A program made the translations under genes and the position numbers. From Streptomyces marincola (GTDB lineage Bacteria; Actinomycetota; Actinomycetes; Streptomycetales; Streptomycetaceae), in the NCBI RefSeq assembly GCF_020410765.1, contig NZ_CP084541.1:1449444-1481443 (forward strand): a stretch of DNA of 32,000 nt, read 5' to 3'. Under the pieces are notes generated by a model. It was not told the origin of the DNA and did no database searches. It saw only the letters and a list, made by a program, of their open reading frames with translations. Positions 21,239 to 32,000 of the stretch are shown one piece after another. How positions within the stretch are numbered: the stretch's first letter is position 1; every line of letters starts with the position of its first letter.

Positions 21239-24200
21239 GTGGCCGATGAGCGAGAACTCCGGGAATACCTCAAGCGGGCCATCGCGGATGCCCGCGAGGT
21301 TCGTGGCCGCCTGCGCGAAATGGAGGACCGCGCGCAGGAACCGATCGCGATCGTGGGAATGGCCTGCCGCTATCCCGGCGGGGTGCGGAACCCGGAAGAC
21401 CTGTGGAACCTCGTCGCCGAGGGTGTCGACGCCGTCAGCGAGTTCCCCACCAACCGCGGCTGGGACCTCGACACCCTCTACGACCCCGACCCGAGCCGGA
21501 CGGGAACGAGCTACACCCGGCACGGCGGCTTCCTCCACGACGCCGACCTCTTCGACCCCGAGTTCTTCGGCATGTCCCGGCGGGAAGCCACGGCGATCGA
21601 CCCGCAGCAGCGCCTTCTCCTCGAAACCGCCTGGGAGGCGCTGGAGGACGCCGGCATCACTCCCGACTCCTTGCAGGGCAGCGACACCGGCGTCTTCACC
21701 GGCCTCATGTACCACGACTACGGCTCGCGCCCCGGCATCCCGGGAGAGGGCAACGAGGGCTACCTCTTCAGCGGCAGCGCGGGCAGCATCGCGGCGGGGC
21801 GGCTCGCCTACACGTACGGCTTCGAGGGGCCGGCCGTCGCCGTCGACACGGCCTGCTCGTCCTCGCTCGTGGCCATGCACATGGCCGCCCAGGCCCTCCG
21901 CTCCGGCGAATGCGGCCTCGCCCTCGCCGGCGGCGCCACCGTCATGGCGACCCCCACCGCCTTCATCGAGTTCTCACGGCAGCGCGGGCTGGCGGCGGAC
22001 GGGCGGTGCAAGTCGTTCTCCGCGTCCGCCGACGGCACCGGCTGGTCGGAGGGTGTCGGCCTGCTTCTCCTGGAACGGCTCTCCGACGCCCGGCGCAACG
22101 GCCACCGCGTGCACGCCCTGATCCGCGGGTCCGCGATCAACCAGGATGGCGCGAGCAACGGCCTGACCGCGCCCAACGGCCCCTCCCAGGAACGCGTCAT
22201 CCGCCAGGCCCTGGCCAACGCCCAGCTCGTCCCCGCCGACATCGACGTGCTGGAGGCGCACGGCACCGGCACGCGACTGGGCGACCCGATCGAGGCCCAG
22301 GCCGTTCTCAACACCTACGGCGCCAACCGCCCCGAGGAACGACCTCTTCAACTGGGGTCGTTGAAGTCCAACATCGGCCACTCCCAGGCCGCGGCCGGCG
22401 TCGGCGGCATGATCAAGATGATCGAGGCGATGCGGCACGGCGTTCTACCGAAGACGCTGCACGTCGACAAGCCGACCGACCACGTCAACTGGGACGCCGG
22501 CGCGGTCGAACTCCTCACCGAGGCACGGACCTGGCCCGACACCGGCCACCCCAAACGCGCCGCGGTCTCCTCCTTCGGCTTCGGTGGGACGAACGCGCAC
22601 GTGATCGTGGAGCAGGCCCCCGAGGAACCCTCCGAAGCCCCCGAGGGCGCGGACGGTGCCGAGGGACCGGAAACGGCCTCCGCGCCCGAGGAACAGAGCG
22701 GCGCCGATTCCGGCTCTGGCTCTGGCTCTGGCTCTGGTGACGACACGGTGGTGTGGCTGCTGTCCGGGAGGACCGAGGAAGCCTTGCGCGCCCAAGCGCG
22801 GCAGTTGGCCGATCACCTCGATGCCCACCCCGACCTCAACGACCGGGCCATCGCCCACACCCTCGCCACCACCCGCACCCACTTCACCCACCGCGCAGCC
22901 ATCCACGCCACCACCCCCGACCTGCTCCGCACCGCACTCCACCACCTCACCCAAGGCACCCCCCACCCCAACCTCACCACCGGCACCACCCACCCCCACC
23001 CCAAAACCGCCTACACCCTCACCGGCCAAGGCTCCCAACACCCCCAAATGGGCCAACAGCTCTACCACACCCACCCCACCTACGCCCACACCATCGACCA
23101 ACTCACCGACCACCTCCAACCCCACCTCCCCCACCCACTCCGCGACATCCTCCACGCCCCACCCCACACCCCCCACGCCCAACTCCTCAACCACACCCAC
23201 ATCACCCAACCCGCCCTCTTCGCCACCCACCTCGCCCTCCACCGGTTGTTAGAGCACCACGACATACGACCCGACTACCTCATCGGCCACTCCCTCGGCG
23301 AACTCACCGCAGCCCACATCGCCGGCGTCCTCACCCTCACCGACGCACTCCACCTCGTCGCACACAGGGGGAGACTGATGCAGGCCGCCCGTCCGGGCGG
23401 CGCGATGGCGGCCGTGCGAGCGACGGAGGAGCAGGTGCGCGCCGCCCTGGCCGACCTTGACCCCGCCACCATCGCCATCGCCGCCGTCAACGGTCCCGAG
23501 AGCGTGGTGGTGTCGGGTGACAGCGACGTGGTCGAAGCGCTGGTCGCGCGCTGGCGGGAGGAGGGCCTGAGGGCCACGCCGCTCACCGTCAGCCACGCCT
23601 TCCACTCCCCCCACATGGACGACGTGCTGGACGAGTTCCGCACCATCGCCGCCGAGGTGACCTACCACCCGCCGACGATCCCGGTGGTCTCCAACGTCAC
23701 CGGCACCCTCGCCACCGAAGAACAACTCACCTCACCCGACTACTGGACCCAGCACATCCGCCAACCCGTCCGCTTCCACCACGGCATCCAAACCCTCAAA
23801 AACCAAGGCGTCACCCACCTCATCGAAATAGGCCCCACCACCCTCGCCACCCACACCACCCCCCACATCCCCACCACCCCCACCCTCCGCACCAACCAAC
23901 CCGAAAACCACACCCTCCACACCACCCTCGCCACCACCCACACCCACGGCACCCCCACCAACCACCACACCACCCCCCACCCCCACACCCCCCTCCCCAC
24001 CTACCCCTTCCAGCGGCAGCGGTTCTGGTTGGAGGAGTCGGCCGGTGCGGGAAACGCGGCAGCGTTCGGACTCGCCGCCACCCAGCACCCCTTCCTCGGC
24101 GTCGGAGTCGAGGTCGCCGGCAACGACGAATACCTCTTCACCGGCCGCCTCTCCCTCACCACCCACCCCTGGCTCACCCACCACACCATCGGCGACACCA

Positions 24201-27200
24201 CCCTCCTCCCCGGCATGGCCATCGCCGAAATGGCCATCACCGCCGGCACCCAAACCAACACCCCCCACCTCGCCGAACTCACCCTCACCACCCCCATCAC
24301 CCTCACCCCCCACACCACCACCCGCATCCAACTCGCCCTCACCGCACCCAACCCCGACGGACACCGCAACCTCCGCATCCACACCACCACCGACCCCCAC
24401 ACCCACCCCGCCACCTGGACCCTCCACGCCCAAGGCACCCTCACCCCCACACCCCCCAACCCCACACCACCCCCCACCACCCACACCACCTGGCCACCCC
24501 CCAACACCCAACCCATCCCCCTCGACAACCTCTACCAACGCCTCACCCACCACGGCTACCACTACGGCCCCACCTTCCAAGCCCTCACCCACCTCTGGCA
24601 AACCCCCCAAGGCGACCTCCACGCCACCCTCCAACTCCCCGACAACACCCCCACCACCGGCTTCCACCTCCACCCCGCACTCCTCGACGCCGCACTCCAC
24701 CCCCTCCTCCCAGAAACCACCAACCCCAACACCCCACCCCGCATCCCCTTCACCCTCACCAACCTCCACCTCACCCCCACCACCACCCCCACCACCCAAC
24801 TCCACCTCCACCTCACCCAACCCACCCCCGACACCGCCACCCTCACCCTCACCACCCCCACCGGCACCACCCTCGCCCACCTCACCAACCTCCAACTCCG
24901 CCCCCTCACCCCCACCACCCCCCACGGCCTCTACCACCTCCAATGGCAACCCGTCACCCCACAGGCAGAGGCAACGAACACATCCGACGGCACGGACGAA
25001 AAGGGAAGCGGAACGGACGGCTGGGCCGTACTCGGTGACCCCGACCTCCTCCCCGACCTCCCCTCACACCCCGACCTCGCCAGCGCCGCCACCAACCCAC
25101 CCCGCGTCCTCATCCTCCCGCTCATCGGCGACACCACCGACGGCGGAAAGATCGATGTCCCCGCTGCGGCGCATGAGGTGCTCATCCGCACCCTCGCGCT
25201 GATCCAGGACTTCCTCACCAACGAACACCTCGCCCACACCCACCTCATCGCCCTCACCCACCACGCCATCGCCACCCACCCCACCGAAGACATCACCGAC
25301 CTCCCCCACGCACCCACCTGGGGACTCCTCCGCACCGCCCAAACCGAAAACCCCCACCGCATCACCCTCCTCGACACCGACACCACCACCCCCCACACCC
25401 TCACCCACACCCTCGCCCTCGCCCACACCACCGACGAACCCCAACTCGCCCACCGCAACAACCAACTCCTCACCCCACGCCTCACCCCCACCACCGAAGC
25501 CACCGACACCGACACCACCGACAGCCCCTACGCCCACGGCACCACCCTCATCACCGGCGCCACCGGAACCCTCGGCACCCTCCTCGCCACCCACCTCGCC
25601 ACCCACCACCACACACCCCACCTCCTCCTCCTCAGCCGAACCGGCCCCAACGCACCCACCGCCCAACAACTCACCAACCTCCAAAACACCACCAACACCA
25701 CCATCACCCTCCTCGCCACCGACACCACCAACCCCCACCAACTCACCCAAGCCCTCAACACCATCCCACCCCAACACCCCCTCACCAACATCATCCACAT
25801 CGCCGGAACCACCGACGACACCCCACTCACCACCCTCACCCCCCAACGCCTCACCACCGTCCTCCAACCCAAAATCAACGCCGCCTGGAACCTCCACCAC
25901 CAAACCCAAAACCACCCCATCCACACCTTCACCCTCTACTCCTCCCTCTCCGGCCTCATCGGCAACGCCGGCCAAGCCAACTACGCCGCCGCCAACACCT
26001 TCCTCGACGCCCTCGCCCACCACCGCCACGCCAACAACCAACCCACCACCTCACTCGCCTGGGGCCTCTGGCAAGAAACCAGCACCATCACCCAAACCCT
26101 CCACACCACCGACCACCAACGCCTCAACCGCACCGGCATCACCCCCCTCACCACCCCCCACGCCCTCACCCTCTTCGACACCGCCCACACCACCCCCCAC
26201 CCCCTCCAAGCCGCCACCACCCTCAACACCACCCACCTCACCCCCCCACCACCCCACACCCCCCACCCTCCGCAACCTCGCACCCAAAACCACCACCCCC
26301 CAACCCACCCACACCACACCCCAACCCACCCAAACCCTCACCCAACAACTCACCCACCTCCCCCCCAACCAACGCCACACCCACCTCACCACCCTCATCC
26401 AAACCCACGCCGCCACCATCCTCGGCCACCCCAACCCCACCACCATCCAACCCAACCGCCCCTTCCAAGAACTCGGATTCGACTCCCTCACCGCCATCGA
26501 ACTCCGCAACCACCTCACCACCACCACCGGCATCCCCCTCCCCCCCACCCTCATCTTCGACCACCCCACCCCCACCACCCTCGCCACCCACCTACTGGAC
26601 GAGATGTTCGGTGACGAGGACGAGGTCGTGGTCGTGGCGCAGGGCACGGGAGACGCCGCGGAGGAGCCGATCGCGATCGTGGGCATGGCCTGCCGCTACC
26701 CCGGCGGGGTCCGGAACCCGGAAGACCTGTGGAACCTCGTCGCCAACGGCATCGACGCCGTCAGCGAGTTCCCCACCAACCGCGGCTGGGACCTCGACAC
26801 CCTCTACAACCCCGACCCCACCCAACCCGGCACCAGCTACACCCGCCACGGCGGCTTCCTCCACGACGCCGACCTCTTCGACCCCGACTTCTTCGGCATG
26901 TCACCCCGCGAAGCCACCGCAACCGACCCCCAACAACGCCTCCTCCTCGAAACCGCCTGGGAAACCCTCGAAAACGCCGGCATCGACCCCACCACACTCC
27001 ACGGCACCGACACCGGCGTCTTCACCGGCCTCATGTACCACGACTACGGAAGCGCGGCCCACCACGTTCCCGAAGCGCTTGAGGGATATGTCGCCGCGGG
27101 CAACGCGGGCAGCGTCGCCTCGGGGCGCATCGCGTACACGCTGGGCCTCGAAGGCCCGGCCGTGACCGTCGACACGGCCTGCTCCTCCTCACTCGTGGCC

Positions 27201-30200
27201 ATGCACATGGCCGCCCAAGCCCTCCGCTCCGGCGAATGCGGCCTCGCCCTCGCCGGCGGCGCCACGGTGCTGTCCACGCCTACGGCCTTCATCGAGTTCT
27301 CGCGGCAACGGGGCCTGTCACCCGACGGCCGGTGCAAGTCGTTCTCCGCGTCCGCCGACGGCACCGGCTGGTCAGAAGGCGTGGGACTCGTCGTCCTCGA
27401 ACGGCTTTCCGACGCCCGGCGCAACGGCCACCCCGTCCTCGCCGTTCTGCGCGGCTCCGCCATCAACCAGGACGGCGCGAGCAACGGCCTCACCGCACCC
27501 AACGGCCCCTCCCAGGAACGCGTCATCCGCCAAGCGCTCGCCAACGCCCGACTCACCCCGGCCGACATCGACGTCCTCGAAGCCCACGGCACCGGCACCA
27601 AACTCGGCGACCCCATCGAGGCCCAGGCCGTCCTCAACACCTACGGCGCCAACCGCCCCGAACAGCAGCCCCTTCACTTGGGGTCGTTGAAGTCCAACAT
27701 CGGCCACTCCCAAGCCGCGGCCGGCGTCGGCGGCGTCATCAAAATGATCCAGGCCATGCGGCACGGCGTTCTGCCGAAGACGCTGCACGTCGACAAGCCG
27801 ACCGACCACGTCAACTGGGACGCCGGCACCGTCGAACTCCTCACCGACACCCGCCCCTGGCCCGACACCGGCCACCCCAAACGCGCCGCCATCTCCTCCT
27901 TCGGCATCAGCGGCACCAACGCCCACCTCATCATCGAACAACCCCCCGCCCAGACCAGCACCAACACCGACGACAACGCCCCGGAGGACGGCGGCGTCGC
28001 CGATGACACGGTGGTGTGGCTGCTGTCCGGGAAGACCGAGGAAGCCTTGCGCGCCCAAGCCAGGCAACTGGCCGACCACCTCGATGCCCACCCCGACCTC
28101 AACGACCGGGCCATCGCCCACACCCTCGCCACCACCCGCACCCACTTCACCCACCGCGCAGCCATCCACGCCACCACCCCCGACCTCCTACGCACCGCAC
28201 TCCACCACCTCACCCAAGGCACCCCCCACCCCAACCTCACCACCGGCACCACCCACCCCCACCCCAAAACCGCCTACACCCTCACCGGCCAAGGCTCCCA
28301 ACACCCCCAAATGGGCCAACAGCTCTACCACACCCACCCCACCTACGCCCACACCATCGACCAACTCACCGACCACCTCCAACCCCACCTCCCCCACCCA
28401 CTCCGCGACATCCTCCACGCCCCACCCCACACCCCTCACGCCCAACTCCTCAACCACACCCACATCACCCAACCCGCCCTCTTCGCCACCCACCTCGCCC
28501 TCCACCGACTACTCGAACACCACGACATACGCCCTGACTACCTCATCGGCCACTCCCTCGGCGAACTCACCGCAGCCCACATCGCCGGCGTCCTCACCCT
28601 CACCGACGCACTCCACCTCGTCGCACACCGAGGACGCCTCATGCAAGCCGCCCGAACCGGCGGCGCCATGGCCGCCGTCCAAGCCACCGAAGAGCAAGTA
28701 CGCGCCGCCCTGGCCGACCACGACCCCGCCACCATCGCCATCGCCGCCATCAACGGCCCCGAAAGCGTCGTGGTGTCGGGTGACAGCGACGTCGTCGAAG
28801 CGCTGGTCGCGCGCTGGCGGGAGCAGGGCCTGCGCGCCACGCCGCTCACCGTCAGCCACGCCTTCCACTCCCCCCATATGGACGACGTGCTGGACGAGTT
28901 CCGCACCATCGCCGCCGAGGTCACCTACCACCCGCCGACGATCCCGGTGGTCTCCAACGTCACCGGCACCCTCGCCACCGAAGAACAACTCACCTCACCC
29001 GACTACTGGACCCAGCACATCCGCCAACCCGTCCGCTTCCACCACGGCATCCAAACCCTCAAAAACCAAGGCGTCACCCACCTCATCGAAATAGGCCCCA
29101 CCACCCTCGCCACCCACACCACCCCCCACATCCCCACCACCCCCACCCTCCGCACCAACCAACCCGAAAACCACACCCTCCACACCACCCTCGCCACCAC
29201 CCACACCCACGGCACCCCCACCAACCACCACACCACCCCCCACCCCCACACCCCCCTCCCCACGTATCCGTTCCAGCGGCAGCGGTTCTGGCTCGAACCG
29301 GCAGTGACCGGAGGCGTGGGCACGGGCTCCGGTGGCGACAGGCACCCGTTGCTCGGTGCCCCGATCCGGCTGGCGGACGGGGACCGCACGGTGTTCACCG
29401 GGCGGGTGTCGTTGCGCAGCCACCCCTGGCTCGCCGACCACACCCTCCACCACACCCCCGTCCTCCCCACCGCCGCACTCATCGACCTCACCCTCCACGC
29501 AGGCGACCAACTCGGCACCCACACCCTCGAACACCTCACCACCCACACCCCCATCACCCTCCCCACCGACAACACCCCACTCCACCTCCAACTCACCATC
29601 CACCCACCCAACCCCACAGGACACCGACCCTTCACCCTCCACACCCGCCCCGACACCACCCACCTCACCCACCACCAATGGACCACCCACGCACAAGGAC
29701 TCCTCGGGCCGTCGGGCGGCGGCACCGCGCCGTTCGCGAACGAGGACGCGGCGGGTGGCGCCTACGAGGTGCCCGAGGACTTGGCCCCCGAGGTCACGCG
29801 CTACGGGGTGCACCCCGCGCTGCTCGACGCCGTGGTCGCGGACGCGGCCCGGCAGGCCGCGCTGCCCGAGGGTTCGTCGCCGTTCGCCGCGCAGTGGCAC
29901 GGCGTGCGGCTGCACGCCACCGGGGCCACCGCGGTGTCGGCCCAGTGGATCGCGGATGAGGGCGCGGACGCGGTGCGGCTGCGCCTGGTCGACGGCGCCG
30001 GGGAGCCGGTGCTCACGGCCGAGCGGGTCGAGTTCCGCGGCGTGCGCGAGGAGGAGGTCGTGCCGGTGGCCGGCACGTCCCGGCCGCCGCTGCTGCGCCT
30101 GGAGTGGGACCCGTTGCCGCTGCCGGAGGGCGGCGCGCAGCCGCTGGACCTGGCGCTGCTCGGGGAGGGCCCGGACGGGGCGGGACCGCGGTTCGACGGG

Positions 30201-32000
30201 GTGCCCGAGCTGGCCGACTTCGTCGGTTCCGGCGCGTCCGTCGGCGCCGTTCTGATGGCGGCCGGTCCCGCCGGGGCCGGTGAAGGACCGGCGGAGAACC
30301 CGGTGCGGGCCGCGCACGACAGCGCGGGACAGGTGCTTGAACGGGTGCGCGCGTGGCTCGCGGACGAACGGCTCGCCGAGACGCGCCTGGTGGTGACGAC
30401 GCGCGGCGCCGTCGCGGCCTCGGCCGGCGAGGACGTGCCCGCGCTGGGCGGCGCCGCCGTGTGGGGTCTGCTGCGTTCGGTGCAGGCCGAGGTGCCCGGC
30501 CGGGTCGTCCTGATCGACCACGACGCGCCGACGCCTCCGCTCGACGTGATCGCCGCCGTCGTGGCCTCGGGCGAGCCGCAGGCCGCGATCCGGAACAGGG
30601 AGGTGCACGTGCCACGGCTGAGGCGGTCGCCGGAGGAGCCGGCCGGACGCGCGGAGCCGGCTGCCGTTCCGCTGGCGGAGGGCACGGTCCTGGTGACCGG
30701 GGGAACGGGCGCCCTGGGGGCCCTGGTGAGCCGGCATCTCGTGACCACGCACGGTGTGCGGCACCTGCTGCTGCTCGGCCGTCGCGGCCCTGAGGCGCCC
30801 GGCGCCGGTGAACTGGTCGAGGAACTGCGCGGGTTGGGCGCGGAGGTCGCCGTTGTCGCGTGTGACGTGTCGCGCCGGGAGGAGCTGGCGGCTGTTCTCG
30901 ACGCGATCCCGGCCGATCAGCCGCTGACCGGGGTCGTGCACGCCGCTGGTGTGCTGGACAACGGGCTGGTGTCGTCGCTGTCGCGCGAGCAGGTGGCCGC
31001 GGTGCTGCGGCCGAAGGCGGACGCGGCGTGGCACCTGCACGAGCTGACCAGGGACCGGGAGCTGGCGGCGTTCGTCCTGTTCTCCTCAAGCGTCGGCGTG
31101 ATCGGCGGCCCCGGGCAGGCCAACTACGCGGCGGCGAACGCGTTCCTCGACGCCCTGGCCGCGCACCGCGCGGCGCACGGCCTGCCGGCCACGGCCGTCG
31201 CGTGGGGCCTGTGGGACCTGGGCGGCGTGGGGCTCAACGCCGGGCTCGGGGAGAACGACCTGCTCAGGTACCGGAGGGAGGGCTTCAGGGCCGTGGCACC
31301 CGAGCAGGGCGCGGCGCTGCTCGACGCGGCGCTCGCGCAAGGGCATCCGCAGCTGGTGGCGCTGCCGGTGGACGCGGCGGCGATGCGGGCGCACGGCCGC
31401 GTGCCGCACGTGTTGACCGGGCTGGTCGGTGGCAGGTTCCGGCCGGCCGCGCGGTCCGGCGCGGGCGAGAGCGACACGCCGGCCACCCGGCTGGCGGCCC
31501 TCCCGGATGAGGAACGGCGCCCGGCGTTGCTGCGGATCGTTTCGTCGGAGGTGGCGACGGTCCTCGGGCACACGAACACGGATCTGGTGACGGCCGAGCG
31601 CAGCTTCATGGAGCTGGGCTTCGACTCGATGACCGCCGTCGAGTTGCGGAACCGGCTGAGCGGCGCGATCGACGGCCAGCTGCCCGCGACCGTGGTCTTC
31701 GACCACCCGACGCCCGCGGCGCTCACCGAGTTCCTGATGTCGCTGACCGGGGGGTCGAGCGAGCGCGGTGTGCTGGCCGAGCTGGACGCGTTGGAGTCGG
31801 CGCTGTCGGGAGTGGCCGCCGACGACGAGCGGACGCGCGACGCGGTGGCCGCCCGGCTCCAGGTGCTGCTGTCGCGGCTCAACGGGGCCGGCGGCGACGC
31901 GGCCGAGGAGGAGGCCAAGGTCGCGGAGACGCTGGGGTCGGCCTCGGCCTCGGAGATCTTCGACTTCATCGACACGCAGCTCGGCCGTTCAGCGAACTGA
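21239..32000 (+). CDS. type I modular polyketide synthase subunit B (modules 3-4), interrupted by a 1-nt frameshift as sequenced
   Basis: As sequenced this is ORF 21239..26614 (frame 2) plus ORF 26604..32000 (frame 0). Homology switches frame at the C7 run 26241-26247; the twin copy 20592-20597 has C6. ACP3 (Ser codon 26484-26486) and the linker ...[41 protein letters not shown] are in frame 0, continuous with and upstream of the nominal ATG 26604, with no stop. GTG 21239 is preceded by ggggag. The N-terminal docking helix is [29 protein letters not shown]. The C-terminal docking tail is ...[17 protein letters not shown] (TGA 31998-32000), implying a further downstream subunit. Confidence 0.85.
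22712..22735 (+). repeat. hexanucleotide microsatellite (ggctct)x4 encoding a GSGSGSGS linker
   Basis: Four perfect ggctct units (22712-22735) in the KS-AT linker. The corresponding site in subunit A (8471-8490) reads gctctggtgccggttctggc (SGAGSG), so the repeat number differs between paralogous linkers. Confidence 0.8.
22742..24010 (+). repeat. AT cassette repeat R1, copy b (module 3 AT, mosaic)
   Basis: The flanks match copies a and c. The central 23375-23716 instead matches the module 2 AT (17635-17976) with ~2 differences. The junction segment at 23243-23254 (cggttgttagag) is unique to this copy. Confidence 0.85.
24008..26596 (+). repeat. DH-KR-ACP cassette repeat R2, copy b (module 3)
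   Basis: Twin of 18292-20946 in direct orientation with a ~5.7 kb offset. Variable islands at 24955-25015 and 25127-25159. Confidence 0.9.
26657..27022 (+). repeat. KS N-terminal segment repeat (module 4 copy)
   Basis: Partner of 15625-15990. Confidence 0.8.
27790..27974 (+). repeat. KS C-terminal segment repeat (module 4 copy)
   Basis: Partner of 16756-16940. Confidence 0.8.
28002..29261 (+). repeat. AT cassette repeat R1, copy c (module 4 AT)
   Basis: Matches copy a. The tract ~28865-28990 follows the copy b/module 2 version (MDDVLDEF...PVVSNV...ATEEQL). From 29262 the sequence switches to the module 2-type AT end (cacgtatccgttccagcggcagcggttctgg, compare 18283-18312). Confidence 0.85.

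Larger units (their letters stand above)
21338..26596 (+). other. Extension module 3: KS-AT-DH-KR-ACP (AT patchwork; DH-KR-ACP twin of module 2)
   Basis: KS 21338-~22620 (Cys 21854-21856; ordinary composition). AT ~23010-24026 (GHSLGE Ser 23291-23293; HAFHS from 23594). DH ~24085-24930. KR 25538-~26075. ACP ~26350-26596 (Ser 26484-26486, in the +1 frame after the C7 run). Confidence 0.8.
26661..31740 (+). other. Extension module 4: KS-AT-DH(atypical)-KR-ACP
   Basis: KS 26661-~27950 (Cys 27180-27182). AT ~28270-29290 (GHSLGE Ser 28554-28556; HAFHS from 28857). DH 29343-~30050 has [14 protein letters not shown] and [10 protein letters not shown] but no GYxYGPxF motif. KR 30681-~31210 ([17 protein letters not shown]). 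ACP ~31490-31740 (GFDS Ser 31626-31628). Confidence 0.8.

Noticed and set aside
26604-26606. ATG 26604 as a genuine start codon of a separate PKS gene
   Set aside because: The same frame is open upstream and encodes ACP3 and the ACP-KS linker contiguous with this Met. There is no RBS, no N-terminal docking helix and no stop between ACP3 and KS4.

Overview
High-GC actinomycete (Streptomyces-like) biosynthetic gene cluster fragment. 1-7 kb holds the 3' part of an AfsR/SARP-type NB-ARC/TPR regulator and five small redox/tailoring genes: an SDR, an F420-dependent DDN-family reductase, an FAD-dependent oxidoreductase, a flavin amine oxidase and a SnoaL/NTF2-like protein. GC-rich hairpins sit between the convergent genes. 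7-32 kb is a type I modular PKS. The ORF track shows four large ORFs. Comparison of near-identical internal copies indicates two genes (7069-21184 and 21239-32000), each broken by one extra C in a poly-C run (19021-19025 and 26241-26247). Together they encode a KSQ-AT-ACP loading module plus four KS-AT-DH-KR-ACP modules. All five ATs carry malonyl-type GHS(I/L)GE...HAFH motifs, there is no ER or TE in the window, and the subunits end in DEBS-like docking tails. This predicts an acetate-primed conjugated polyene chain that continues on a downstream subunit. The stand-out observation is compositional. Roughly a third of the PKS coding sequence lies in sharply bounded blocks where the coding strand is almost free of G and T (about 90 percent C+A in sampled lines). 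These blocks encode Thr/Pro/His/Leu/Asn/Gln-rich but motif-intact AT, DH, KR, ACP and KS segments. Paralogous normal-versus-skewed tracts differ almost exclusively by G->C and G->A changes. The blocks largely coincide with kb-scale near-identical repeats shuffled between modules. They are stop-free in all six frames, carry G-quadruplex/i-motif-type runs and host both frameshifts. I cannot assign this pattern to a described mechanism; hypotheses and tests are listed.
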